Assembly: GCA_963718915.1 (NCBI GenBank)
Contig: CAVRAI010000015.1
Location: forward strand, 720,001 to 752,000
Reading direction: 5' to 3'
From: an uncultured Chloroflexia bacterium
GTDB lineage: Bacteria > Chloroflexota > Ktedonobacteria > Ktedonobacterales > JADMIN01
DNA length: 32,000 nt
The first letter of the stretch is position 1, and the number at the start of each line of letters is the position of its first letter. Under the pieces are notes generated by a model. The model had not been told where the DNA came from, ran no database searches, and saw nothing but the letters and a program-made list of their open reading frames with translations. Below, piece after piece: positions 1-9,564 of the stretch. Both the position numbers and the translations under genes were made by a program.

Positions 1-879
1 AGTCGGCGTCTCTCCGCTCCCGAAGTGGCGGCGCTGAGTGATGGGCCGTTGGTGAAGCTGCGACAAGACGGGCAGCAGGCGCTGGCGGAGGAGGTGCTCG
101 CGGGGTTGGATGCCTTGATTGGCGACTGTCTGGCATTCGCGCCCACGGCGCGCCCGACGGCGCAGCGGGTGCGGGAGCGGTTAGCGGCGCTGGCCGAGCA
201 GGCAGGCCTGGAGCCACTGACTATCCCGGTGTATCCACATACCGACGAGAGTAAGGCAATCTTCTGGGGCAACCTGGGCATCACCTATGGTGAGATGGGG
301 CAGCATGAGGAGCAGTTGCGCCTGCTGCGGAAGTCGATCACGCTCACGCCTGACAATCCCCAACGGCTTGAGACGCTGGGCAATGCTCTGGGCAAGGTGG
401 CTCAGGTCGAGCAGCACGCGGCAGAGGAGGCTGTTAAGCAAGGAGACCATGCCAGGGCGCAGGCGCTTGCTGCACAGGCACGCTCACGCCTGGAGGAGGC
501 GGTGGGCGTTTTCCAGGAGGCGGAGGCGCTGCTGACCCCGGAATGGCTGGCGCGCTACTCGCATCTCGCGAAGTCGATCCCATTCAATCTGGGCGCCGCG
601 CTCGGTGATCTGCAACGCTATGCCGAATCTTTGGATGCCACTCGACGCGGGCTGGAGGTCGATCTGACCGATGCCATGTCGTATCGCCAATTGGGAGTAC
701 TTTACTGGCGCTGGTCGCGCGTGGACGGAACTCCCGCTGCCACACAGGTTGAGCGGTTGGAACAGTCCGAGGCGCATATTCAGCAGGCGCTTGAGATTGC
801 CCCCCTCTACGGCGGTGGGCAAGAGTTACTCGCCTTCATCCAGCGTGAATTGGCCACAGCACGGCATAATCTCGAGTAA
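1..879 (+). CDS. 3' part of a larger gene: end of a Ser/Thr-kinase-like domain followed by TPR-like helical repeats (5' end lies outside the window)
   Basis: Frame 1 is open from base 1; the ORF track merely begins at an internal GTG at 25. The segment ...CLAFAPTARPTAQRVRERLAAL resembles the C-lobe end of Hanks-type kinases. Downstream segments such as GNLGITYGEMGQHEEQLRLLRKSITLTPDNPQ look TPR-like. Stop codon at 877-879. Confidence 0.5.
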   Translation, partial: SRRLSAPEVAALSDGPLVKLRQDGQQALAEEVLAGLDALIGDCLAFAPTARPTAQRVRERLAALAEQAGLEPLTIPVYPHTDESKAIFWGNLGITYGEMGQHEEQLRLLRKSITLTPDNPQRLETLGNALGKVAQVEQHAAEEAVKQGDHARAQALAAQARSRLEEAVGVFQEAEALLTPEWLARYSHLAKSIPFNLGAALGDLQRYAESLDATRRGLEVDLTDAMSYRQLGVLYWRWSRVDGTPAATQVERLEQSEAHIQQALEIAPLYGGGQELLAFIQRELATARHNLE

Positions 880-990
880 CGCCTGTTTTACACGCTTCTG
901 CATTCCTACCCGCGCCAAAGAAATAAGCAGCGGAGCTTTCGCAATTCATCTCTTGATGGCTGTGCTGTCCAGCTATGACGCGAGCGACCG

Positions 991-1019
991 ATGACGTCAG
1001 CGACCGGTCATGTTATACT
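991..1019 (+). promoter_or_regulatory. Candidate sigma-70-type promoter for the helicase-nuclease gene
   Basis: Extended -10 TGtTATACT at 1011-1019. Weak -35 ATGACG at 991-996 with a 17-bp spacer. Lies about 95 nt upstream of the GTG start at 1114, in a 234-bp intergenic gap. Confidence 0.3.
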
Positions 1020-1113
1020 GGGCGCTGCCTGGGAGAAGTATCCGATGCCAGAACCACCGGAGTGAGTTCCCAGCATCAGGAGGCGAGAACAAGCTGGGAA
1101 GGGATGCACTACT

Positions 1114-4100
1114 GTGCAGCATCTGACGATCCGCGTGGTCTGGCACGATAACAGGTGGAATGGACGGATTTGTAACGCGCCATCGCTCAATGGCTATTGT
1201 CTGGCGCAGGAGCGTATACGTAAGGATCGCGATGACGCGAAAGAGGATCGGCTGGCGGGGCGTTCATGGCGGAGCCTCAGGCGCGGCGAGTTGCCCCCAT
1301 GTGTAGCTGAATCCGGCGGCTTCATGAGCGACAACGAATGGGTACGCTCATTTGATCCACCGTTCCAGAACACCTTACCAGCAACCCATGGCGCTCTGCG
1401 CAAGACGACCATGCGCGTCGAGCCGTATACCGCGCTTGCCGTTCCCTTTCGCTGGATGCTACGCGAGCATCAGCGACGGATTGATGATAGGCTGCCAGAG
1501 CCACTCCCCGCCGACGAAACACCGCCACTCCACACGTCATGGGTGTTCAACCGCATCAGACAGGAAGCGATTGGCAGCCAGTTCTTCGGGCAACTCACAC
1601 CGGAGCAGTCACTGGTCTTCTTCTATTGCAAAGAGGGTCAACCCCTTGGCGACAGCATCTCGCGGCTGGTCGTCGGCGTTGGACGCATCCAGGCTATCGG
1701 GCTACAGAGCTACTATGATAGCGACGGTGAAGTGAGCTATCCAATCTGGGACCGCAAAATTCACCATACCATCCGGCCTGATGACGACGATGGGTTTCTG
1801 TTGCCCTATCACGACTACCTCACGCCTACTGGTGATCCCGACGAGGATCTGCGCCGCCGCAGCCTGCTGGAAACAATCGCCATCGCGGTTGACCCTGCGC
1901 ACATCCCGGCGTTCTCGTACTCGGCGGAACTGGCTTCATCCGATGTCGCCCTCGCGACGCTGATGCGCTGCCTGGATGCTGTTCGCCTTATTCGCATGCA
2001 CGGCATCGCAGACGGGACGTGGGATCAGCGCGAACAGTGGGTCAACGACCAGATCGCCGCCACATGGCGCGACCGTGGCGAATTTCCGGGCGTCGGATCC
2101 GCGCTGGAAGCGCTCGGCTTGCGTATCGGAACATCCCTGATGCTGGACCTGACGCGGCTCGGCATGATTCGCCCAGAGAGCAATCCCTGGCCTGTCGTGG
2201 ACGCCATTTTACGCGGGACGCAATCAGCGCCACTACCCTCGTATGAGCCGCACCTCGCCCCCGTACGTCTGGTCTGGGCAAATCTGCCCGACGAGCGCCG
2301 CAACCTACTCTATTTGCTTGCGCGATTTGACCTCTCACCCGAACAGGCGCGGCGCTGGTATGAGCCATCTGAGCGCGCAAAGATAACCCTCACCGCGTGT
2401 AGCGATGGCGATATCCTGGCGAATCCCTACCGTATCGCAGAAGCCGACCTGGGAGACGACACCTCACCCGCCATCACCATGGAAATTATCGACCGGGGTC
2501 TCTTCCCCGACGATGCCATCCGTGTGCATGACCCACCGCCTCTGTCAGCCGCCTTTGAAGATCACAACGACATCCGTCGAATCCGTGGCGCGTTGGTAAC
2601 TGTCCTGCGCGCGACGGCCAGGTCGGGCGACACACTGCTCAATGCAGTAGATGCCCTTGAGCGTCTGCGCAAGCTCCCAATCATCCCACCGCCAAGCAAT
2701 ATTGGCGTAGATTGGCTCACTGCCTACCGCGACCCGCTTGCAGACGCTGTCGCCGTCTATAACGTTGCATCTGGTGATAATGACAACGTCGAAATCAGCG
2801 TTGTTCAACTCACCGAGTTGCGCAAACGCGAAGACCTCGTGCGCAAAACGCTTCAGGGGAGAGCCGCCGCGCCGCTCGAATCGCTCCGGGTGGACTGGAA
2901 GTCGCTGCTTATCGAGGCTATTGGCGACGCCTACCAACCCCGGAACAAGCGCCATCACGACGCCCTGGACGAACAGGCGACGGCCCTCGAACGCATTACG
3001 TCCCGCAAGCTCTGCGCACTGACTGGACACGCGGGCACTGGCAAGACGTCGGTTATGGGCGCGCTCCTGCGCTGCCAGCGACTACGCGAGGAGGGCATCC
3101 TGTTGCTCGCGCCGACGGGCAAGGCACGGGTGCGGCTGGAGCAGACGGCAGGGAAAAATGCGGAAACACCACGTATTCGCGCCTTCACCATCGCCCAGTT
3201 CCTCTATGACCTTGGGCGGTACGACGGGGATCACCAGCGTGCGCTATTCACCGGAGACGCCACCTACAGGCACGCGCGAACCATCATCGTCGACGAAGCA
3301 TCCATGCTCACGCTGGATGACCTCGCTGCCTTACTTCTCGCCCTCGATCTCCTGCATGTGCAGCGGATCATTCTGGTCGGCGACCCAAATCAGTTGCCGC
3401 CCATTGGTGCAGGCCGCCCGTTCGCGGATCTGGTGTCATATCTCGATGCGCTAGCCACCGGCGATGGCGCTGCTGATACGGCGGATACCACAGCCGCTGG
3501 CGCGCTGGGCAAGCTCAGTATCGAGGTGCGCACACGGAGCGGAGACGCGCCCTCCGATGCGCTGCGACTCGCCTCCTGGTTCTCTCGTGGGCCACAACCC
3601 GTCGATGCCGACCGCGTACTGGATCAGGTCACTACGGGCGCGCAACTCAACGATCTGGATATCAGCTTCTGGCAAACGCCTGAAGATCTGCGTGCGCGCA
3701 TTCTGGAGAAATTCCAGACGTACCTGGGACTGGAGCATCGCAGCGACATCGCGGGCTTCGACCGCGCCCTTGGCATAGGAGAGGGTGGCCGGGTGCGCTT
3801 CGATGCGCCAGACGGCGTCGAACACTTCCAGATACTTTCGCCGACGCGCATGCGGCCACATGGCGTCTATGACCTGAATCGCTGGTTGCAGCGACGATTC
3901 CGCGCCGACGAGCTACGCAGAGCGCATTACAGCAACGGAAAGAGCCTCGGCCAGGAGGAGATTGTTCACAAGGACAAGGTTATCCAGGTTCGCAACGAAT
4001 GGCGCTGGATGTATGACCATCAGCGCCGCCTGAAGATGAGAGGCGCTCTTGCCAACGGTGAGATTGGCATAATCGCCAGAGGTCAGGGCGACTTCATGGA

Positions 4101-4821
4101 TGTAGCGTTCTCTGGCCACGCGCACCAGACCACTGGCTATATCGCGTCGCCGTATGTGGATCGTGAGTGCCCCCTGGAGCTCGCATATGCGCTGACGGTT
4201 CACAAGGCGCAGGGCAGCCAGTTTGATATTGTCTTCGTCATCATTCCTGAGCAGAGCGTGCGGCTCTCGCGCGAACTGCTCTACACGGCGCTCACCCGCT
4301 CGCGTGAACGTCTGGTGTTACTGGTGCAGGGGGATGACGCGAGCCGCCTCTATGCGTACAGCCTGCCCGGCGCGTCCGACACGACTCGCCGCAATACCAA
4401 TCTCTTTACCCCAGCGGTTCGCGACCCTGCCTCTGACTATCCAAACGCCAGATATCTCATTCACCGGACCCCCGGCGGTCAACTCGTGCGCAGTAAGTCG
4501 GAACTGGTCATCGCGAATATGCTCGAACACATGGATATCCCCTACAAATACGAGGAGCCGTTCTTTGGGGAGACCGAGCCGGGACGGCGCTTCCCAGACT
4601 TCACCTTCGCAACCGCCGCTGGCAGACGCATCATCTGGGAGCACCTCGGCATGCTCACGCTCCCCGACTATGCGCGCGGCTGGGAGGAGAAGCGTCTCTG
4701 GTACAAGAGAAACGGCTACCTTGAGGGAGCGCAATTGTTCACCACCCGTGACGACGAGCGAGGTGGGCTGGATTCACGCGACGTGCGGAAGGTCGCGGAG
4801 CGTATTCAGGCGCTCATCTGA
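1114..4821 (+). CDS. 1235-aa fusion: uncharacterised N-terminal region + SF1B RecD/TraA-like helicase + C-terminal PD-(D/E)xK-like nuclease domain
   Basis: Uninterrupted 3.7-kb ORF with GTG start and GGGAAGGGA upstream. Helicase motifs: Walker A GHAGTGKTS (nt 3025-3051), LLLAPTGKA, IIVDEASML, ILVGDPNQLPPIG, ALTVHKAQGSQFD, LLYTALTRSRERLVLL. An NPY segment (ILANPYRIAEADLG) resembles RecD2-type N-terminal regions. C-terminal aa 1112-1235: SKSELVIANMLE...RFPDFTF...IIWEHLGM, a restriction-endonuclease-like D...E pattern. The N-terminal MQHLTIRVVWHDNRWNGRICNAPSLNGYCL could not be assigned. Confidence 0.85.
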   Translation: MQHLTIRVVWHDNRWNGRICNAPSLNGYCLAQERIRKDRDDAKEDRLAGRSWRSLRRGELPPCVAESGGFMSDNEWVRSFDPPFQNTLPATHGALRKTTMRVEPYTALAVPFRWMLREHQRRIDDRLPEPLPADETPPLHTSWVFNRIRQEAIGSQFFGQLTPEQSLVFFYCKEGQPLGDSISRLVVGVGRIQAIGLQSYYDSDGEVSYPIWDRKIHHTIRPDDDDGFLLPYHDYLTPTGDPDEDLRRRSLLETIAIAVDPAHIPAFSYSAELASSDVALATLMRCLDAVRLIRMHGIADGTWDQREQWVNDQIAATWRDRGEFPGVGSALEALGLRIGTSLMLDLTRLGMIRPESNPWPVVDAILRGTQSAPLPSYEPHLAPVRLVWANLPDERRNLLYLLARFDLSPEQARRWYEPSERAKITLTACSDGDILANPYRIAEADLGDDTSPAITMEIIDRGLFPDDAIRVHDPPPLSAAFEDHNDIRRIRGALVTVLRATARSGDTLLNAVDALERLRKLPIIPPPSNIGVDWLTAYRDPLADAVAVYNVASGDNDNVEISVVQLTELRKREDLVRKTLQGRAAAPLESLRVDWKSLLIEAIGDAYQPRNKRHHDALDEQATALERITSRKLCALTGHAGTGKTSVMGALLRCQRLREEGILLLAPTGKARVRLEQTAGKNAETPRIRAFTIAQFLYDLGRYDGDHQRALFTGDATYRHARTIIVDEASMLTLDDLAALLLALDLLHVQRIILVGDPNQLPPIGAGRPFADLVSYLDALATGDGAADTADTTAAGALGKLSIEVRTRSGDAPSDALRLASWFSRGPQPVDADRVLDQVTTGAQLNDLDISFWQTPEDLRARILEKFQTYLGLEHRSDIAGFDRALGIGEGGRVRFDAPDGVEHFQILSPTRMRPHGVYDLNRWLQRRFRADELRRAHYSNGKSLGQEEIVHKDKVIQVRNEWRWMYDHQRRLKMRGALANGEIGIIARGQGDFMDVAFSGHAHQTTGYIASPYVDRECPLELAYALTVHKAQGSQFDIVFVIIPEQSVRLSRELLYTALTRSRERLVLLVQGDDASRLYAYSLPGASDTTRRNTNLFTPAVRDPASDYPNARYLIHRTPGGQLVRSKSELVIANMLEHMDIPYKYEEPFFGETEPGRRFPDFTFATAAGRRIIWEHLGMLTLPDYARGWEEKRLWYKRNGYLEGAQLFTTRDDERGGLDSRDVRKVAERIQALI

Positions 4822-4828
4822 CAATTTG

Positions 4829-4853
4829 GTTGTACTCGACGACAACACTTTTT
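4829..4853 (+). terminator. Weak candidate intrinsic terminator after the helicase-nuclease gene
   Basis: GTTGT (4829-4833) / ACAAC (4842-4846) forms a 5-bp stem with an 8-nt loop, followed by ACTTTTT. The stem is short, so support is marginal. Confidence 0.25.
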
Positions 4854-4952
4854 CGCCACGACGAGTCTCACTAGCATAAGCCATCGCAATGACGGCTATC
4901 TCCGGTACAAGCATGGCGTCCGCATCCGCATGACTTCTCAACGTCGCAATGT

Positions 4953-5522
4953 ATGCGCCAGAAGCGAAAGGACTACCGTGGCATGGATTATGAGCGATTC
5001 GCCCCGCTCGTCACGCCTCACACCACAACGATGACACGCATGGCGGCAGCCCTTGTAGGCATTTCCGACGCCGAAGACGCCGCACAGGAAGCGCTCATGC
5101 GCGCGTGGCGTGCGTGGCCTGGGCTGCGAGAGGCCGACTCTACACGCGCATGGCTCATACAGATCACGGTGAACATCTGTCGCACCTGGCGCGCGCGCAG
5201 CCAGAGCCACGACGACATCGATCATCTCGATACCATGATTCCTATAGAGGGCGCCCCATCCGTCATGCTGGGCGCGAACGACCACATCAACGCCCTTGAC
5301 ATGAGGCAGGCGCTGTTGACATTGAGCGCTGACCTGCGCCAGATAGTCGTGTTGCGGTTCTATATCGGCATGGATTCAACGGAGATCGGCGAGCTGCTGA
5401 GTGAACCCCCAGCGACGATTCGCGGTCGGCTGCGACGAGCGCTCATACAGCTTCGGCGCGCGCTCGATGACGGGCGTCAGACGATACCAGCCCATGATAC
5501 GCACGCCAGAAAGGACGCCTAA
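4953..5522 (+). CDS. ECF-type RNA polymerase sigma-70 family factor
   Basis: Region 2-like AEDAAQEALMRAWRAWPGL...WLIQITVNICRTWRA and region 4 HTH LRQIVVLRFYIGMDSTEIGELLSEPPATIRGRLRRALIQLRRAL. The start may instead be ATG 4983, which has AAAGGA upstream. Confidence 0.85.
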   Translation: MRQKRKDYRGMDYERFAPLVTPHTTTMTRMAAALVGISDAEDAAQEALMRAWRAWPGLREADSTRAWLIQITVNICRTWRARSQSHDDIDHLDTMIPIEGAPSVMLGANDHINALDMRQALLTLSADLRQIVVLRFYIGMDSTEIGELLSEPPATIRGRLRRALIQLRRALDDGRQTIPAHDTHARKDA

Positions 5523-6431
5523 ATGCCCACTCAGTTTGAGCTGGATAACGCGCGCGATGACGATATCAGCAATCTGCCAGCGGATGCGCAAGAGGTGTAT
5601 CACTGGCTAACGCAGGAAGGAGCCGTTTCGCGGGACAGTGTCGCACGAATCAACCAGCGGCTTCAGAAGCGTATCACCCAGTTCAGCGCCACCCAGATCG
5701 CCGCCAACATCGCAGCCAACCAGGAGCCTGAGCCATTCGCCACGATCAACGCGCCGACTCCTGCTCCCCATGCGATAGAGATCACCCATCGAGCGTCCCG
5801 CTATACGAGTATGCGCCGCTGGGTGGCAGTGCTGGCGACCGTGGCCGTCGTCATTGCCTTTGTCGCAGCCCTCTCCGTGAACGCGAGACTACGATCCGGA
5901 GATCCATCGTCGCACCAGACACCGCCAGTTATTGATCTGAGCGGCGTGCCACTGACGCCGGTCGCGACCCCTGGACTAGCCTCCAGGACGCTCGCCCAGG
6001 TAGTTACCGCGCTCCATCGCCAGGGCAATTGTAATCCAGTTGACCCGTCGTCGTACTTCCATGTTGGCGATGCGGTGTGGGTCTTCGTCATTCTCAAGCA
6101 ACCGGCGCAGGGACACACGATAAGCGTCCGCTGGTTCGCGAACGAGACCGATGTCAGCCCGCCTTCAGCCGATAAAACAACGCTGACCTTGGGAGATAAC
6201 ACCGCTGACGCATGCTTCTCGCTCCAGTATCCCACGCCGGGCAAAGGCTCGGTGAAAGTCTATTGGGATCGCCCGGCGAACGACGATGGCAATAATCCCA
6301 CCGATCCGGCGCTGATGGCAACCATCAATTTCGCGGTTCTACCCGTTGGATACGGCGCCCCGACTCCCGGGCCGGCCGGAACGTCCGCGCTACCGGCGCA
6401 AAACTCCTCGTCATGGTTGCGCCAGTCATGA
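5523..6431 (+). CDS. Single-pass membrane protein translationally coupled to the ECF sigma factor; putative anti-sigma factor
   Basis: ATG directly abuts the sigma stop codon (TAAATG). One transmembrane helix (WVAVLATVAVVIAFVAALSV) separates an acidic N-terminal cytoplasmic segment from an extracytoplasmic domain of about 180 aa. No HxxxCxxC zinc motif is present. Function is inferred from position only. Confidence 0.5.
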   Translation: MPTQFELDNARDDDISNLPADAQEVYHWLTQEGAVSRDSVARINQRLQKRITQFSATQIAANIAANQEPEPFATINAPTPAPHAIEITHRASRYTSMRRWVAVLATVAVVIAFVAALSVNARLRSGDPSSHQTPPVIDLSGVPLTPVATPGLASRTLAQVVTALHRQGNCNPVDPSSYFHVGDAVWVFVILKQPAQGHTISVRWFANETDVSPPSADKTTLTLGDNTADACFSLQYPTPGKGSVKVYWDRPANDDGNNPTDPALMATINFAVLPVGYGAPTPGPAGTSALPAQNSSSWLRQS

Positions 6432-6562
6432 CTTCCCAGGCGAACAGTTATGATAGGCGCACACTATCCCCAGAACGAACACTCGCAATTAGACGTGGAT
6501 GATATAGTGGCATCGGCGCATGATTGAAGTCGGCTTGCGGCGGGACAGGTGAAAGGTGTTGA

Positions 6563-7045
6563 GTGCTGACGATGGCGCATGTTGAACAATCGGGTAACGC
6601 GACTACCTGGCGGCGCGTCCGGTGGCGGCGCTGGCTCCAGCGTTCGCTGACCTCGCTGCACATCGTGAGCTACCGCGCCACTGGCGGCCTCATTGGCCAC
6701 CGCGTCGGGCCGCTGCCGAACCTCCTGCTTACCACCACTGGCCGTACAACGGGTAAGCCGCGCACAACCGCGCTGACCTATATCCGCGCGGATGGGCTGC
6801 TGGCGCTCATCGCCTCGAACTTCGGCAGCCGCACCGCGCCACAATGGTACCGCAACCTGCAGACGCACCCCGAGGCGACGGTACAGCTCAAGCGTCGGCG
6901 CTGGGTCGTACGCATGCGGCCCGCGACGCCTGAGGAACACGAACGCATCTGGTCTGTGGCGCTCACTATCTGGCCAGCATGGGCGGGCTACGCTGAACGC
7001 GCTCAACGCGACATCCCCATCGTGGTGCTGGACCCAATAGAATAG
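6563..7045 (+). CDS. Deazaflavin (F420)-dependent nitroreductase-family oxidoreductase (DUF385/Ddn-like)
   Basis: GRTTGKPRTTALTYIRADGLLALIASNFGSRTAPQWYRNLQTHPEATVQL matches the family hallmark (tGRkSGkxR...aS.gG...P.WyrNL..P). The start is uncertain; the ORF track uses a non-ATG start, and the in-frame ATG at 6572 is an alternative. Confidence 0.7.
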   Translation: MLTMAHVEQSGNATTWRRVRWRRWLQRSLTSLHIVSYRATGGLIGHRVGPLPNLLLTTTGRTTGKPRTTALTYIRADGLLALIASNFGSRTAPQWYRNLQTHPEATVQLKRRRWVVRMRPATPEEHERIWSVALTIWPAWAGYAERAQRDIPIVVLDPIE

Positions 7046-7126
7046 GCCTCCTGGTGTAGGAGGCCTTGAACGGCTATATGTCGAGTACGATGGGTTTCGC
7101 AATCATCGCGTCGATCATCCCGTCGA

Positions 7127-8491
7127 TCATCGCGCATCGAAGGGACGCAGGAACTGTGCTGGATGGAACTGAATGAACGATGCGGGAAGGATGTTCGCAG
7201 TGGGGCCGAGCGCGGTGGCCTCCGCGTTCATCGTCTTGGGATCAGTGCTGTCTTTCCACCTGCCGGTATCCAGCCGATTGATGAGTGTCTGGAATGCGGT
7301 GATAGTCTCGGCTGGCGTAAAGGCGCAGTGACCCGCGCGATGTACAAATGTCTCGCGTAGCAGGCTATTGTTGCCCGCCTCTCGCACGACGCTGGCATAC
7401 GCCTGCTCATCCTCATTCACCACCAGGCCATCGCCCGTAGTGTGCATCGTCAGCACGGGAATGTCGATATCACCGTTGAAGGTGATGTACTGGTTCAGAT
7501 AGGCGACGGCACCCGGATCGGCGGAGATGCGCGGCGCCTTTTGCAGCGTCCGCAGGTCAGCGTTGAGGTCGAGGTCGGCCTGCTTGTAGAGGGCAATGAC
7601 CTCGTTCTGGTCAACCGAGTGGGCCAACTGCGCGCGATAATCCACGCCGGTATTCCATGACGGATTGCCACCGGCGCGGCCCTCCAGATCGGTGCGCAAT
7701 GCCCAGGCAAACGGGAAGTCTACCTGCTGCTCCCAGAGGAATTGGTTCGCCTCTTGAGCGGCAAAGTCGTCGGCGGCAGGCTCTGGCGAGGTGGAGCTGA
7801 ACCAGCCGGGCAGATCACCCAGCGCGGCGGCCAGCGACAGACGCGCCCGACCCTGAGGCGTCGCCTGTGCGGTGGCAAGATCACCCTCAGCTGCGGTCAG
7901 GTTGCCGCCGGGATTGGTGATATGGACCACCTGAAGCGCGCCGCTCCCCAGCAGCAGGTTGAAGGCGAAGGCGCTATCCAGCGCCTGGTTCCAGGTACCC
8001 ACGCCTCCCGCCAGTACGCCACACATCGGCAGGGCGGCGTCGAAGCGTTGGGGATTGTGCTGCACGAGGCCAGCGGTGATGATGCCGCCGAGCGAGTGTC
8101 CCCAGGCAATCGTGCGTGTTGGGTGGCCGACATTCTTGTCGAAGAAATTGAGCAGGGCAATCTGATCGTGGAACGCCTGCTGGATCGCCCACCCGGTCTG
8201 GCTGTACGACGAGCCAGCCAGCGCATAGCCATTACTCAGCAACCACTGCCCAGTGACGGGATCGCCGACATCTTGCGCCGGATTCGCCTGTCCGGGGGCG
8301 ACGTAGCCATGGCTGTAGAGTACAAGGGTACCGTTCCAGTTCTCAGGCACCTGGATGAGATAGGCGGCGCCGTCGATGGCGCCGGTGAGCGTCTGCGCTC
8401 CGGTGGCGCGAGCAAGATGGACATTGAAAGCGAGGCTGCTCAACAAGGCCAGCAACATCAGTGGCAGGAACAGACGCAGGCGACGTTTCAT
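7127..8491 (-). CDS. Secreted alpha/beta-fold hydrolase (esterase/lipase-like)
   Basis: Start refined to ATG at 8491, which gives the signal peptide MKRRLRLFLPLMLLALLSSLAFNVHLARA with GGAAAGAGG upstream. Nucleophile elbow GHSLGG; later HTTGDG and RAGHCAF are candidate Asp/His triad segments. Confidence 0.7.
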   Translation of the reverse strand: MKRRLRLFLPLMLLALLSSLAFNVHLARATGAQTLTGAIDGAAYLIQVPENWNGTLVLYSHGYVAPGQANPAQDVGDPVTGQWLLSNGYALAGSSYSQTGWAIQQAFHDQIALLNFFDKNVGHPTRTIAWGHSLGGIITAGLVQHNPQRFDAALPMCGVLAGGVGTWNQALDSAFAFNLLLGSGALQVVHITNPGGNLTAAEGDLATAQATPQGRARLSLAAALGDLPGWFSSTSPEPAADDFAAQEANQFLWEQQVDFPFAWALRTDLEGRAGGNPSWNTGVDYRAQLAHSVDQNEVIALYKQADLDLNADLRTLQKAPRISADPGAVAYLNQYITFNGDIDIPVLTMHTTGDGLVVNEDEQAYASVVREAGNNSLLRETFVHRAGHCAFTPAETITAFQTLINRLDTGRWKDSTDPKTMNAEATALGPTANILPASFIQFHPAQFLRPFDAR

Positions 8492-8720
8492 GCGGGGGCC
8501 TCTTTCCATTCGCACAGATTCGATCCACATGGATCGGCACGAAAGTGAAAAGTGAGATGAGGGCAAGGCGCCCAAACCACCAAATCAGCCGCACTACAAC
8601 ACCACTGGGGATTCGCGGGGAAATCTGCCGGGGAACAAGCAAAGCTGCGTATTGTTGATTATATGCTGCTCTTTTGCCATTGTCCAGTCTGGGGAAGATC
8701 GCATGGGGCGAACACAACGA

Positions 8721-8752
8721 GCGGCGGATCGGGTGTTGTTCCGACCCGCCGC
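8721..8752 (-). terminator. Candidate terminator hairpin downstream of the 8801-9268 gene
   Basis: GCGGCGGaTCGG(g)/CCGAcCCGCCGC gives a stem of about 11 bp with one mismatch and a 7-nt loop. On the minus strand it is followed by the moderately T-rich TCGTTGTGTTCG. Confidence 0.4.
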
Positions 8753-8800
8753 CCGGAGGTGAGCGAGCTTACAAGCGCTTCGTCGTGTGATCAGCGTGAG

Positions 8801-9268
8801 CTAGCGCACGTCGATCTGCGTGGCGTTGATGCTGCCATCATTGTTTTTCGTGCCCTGCACGTGAATCTGGCTGCCCGTGGTGACGGCGCTCGCCGACGCC
8901 GACTGACCGCCTTTGGTGTACTTCGTGCTCGATGATGTGTGGATGGTCACCGTCGAGCCATCCGCGGCTTTGGCGGTGATTGTCTGCCCACTGACACTGG
9001 ATACGGTGTAGGCGTCACACTGGCCCTGTCCACCATGAGGGCCAGACCCCGGTGTGCTTGCTAGCGAGAATTGGGCAATGCCTGGCCCGCCCGCCGCGGC
9101 TTGCGCTGTCTTGAGCATGGTCGCGCCCGCAAACAGCCCCATGCCCAGTGTGAGCGCAAAGGCGAGCGCCAGCAATGCGGGAACCAGCCAGCGACGGCTT
9201 CTGTGCGGAGAAGCCTCCAGCGGTGGTGGTGGAATGGCCACCGGCTCATCGTACGGGTTCATCGGCAT
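8801..9268 (-). CDS. Membrane-anchored protein with a small beta-rich ectodomain (DUF5666-like)
   Basis: Start refined to ATG 9268 (MPMNPYDEP...), with a strong GGAGAGGAG RBS 3-11 nt upstream. TM helix WLVPALLALAFALTLGMGLFAGA. C-terminal QTITAKAADGSTVTIHTSSSTKY...SQIHVQGTKNNDGSINATQIDVR. Confidence 0.6.
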   Translation of the reverse strand: MPMNPYDEPVAIPPPPLEASPHRSRRWLVPALLALAFALTLGMGLFAGATMLKTAQAAAGGPGIAQFSLASTPGSGPHGGQGQCDAYTVSSVSGQTITAKAADGSTVTIHTSSSTKYTKGGQSASASAVTTGSQIHVQGTKNNDGSINATQIDVR

Positions 9269-9564
9269 GTCTCCTCTCCAAGTGAATGTCCCAGCAACGG
9301 GTAGCGCGGGCGCGTCACGCACACTGCCAGGCGGGCGCGCCACGCCTTTGCCACTGCCTGCCGTGTTGGCGAACCAGTGACAGGCGAAAGTGTAGGTGGG
9401 GCAGGTGAAAGAACGGTGGAGAATCGATGTGAGTTCTCACATGAATGCGCCTCCGCGCCGCTGAGGATCGTGCCAGATAATGACAACCGGGATGCGGCGA
9501 CGATGCCCGCACCCCGGCGATGTGTGTCCGTGGATATGTATCCGGCCTCCGGTATGAATCGGCC

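Noticed and set aside
7742-8548. 268-aa plus-strand ORF opposite the alpha/beta hydrolase
   Set aside because: This is an antisense frame of a gene that has a signal peptide and a GHSLGG motif. It has no independent support.
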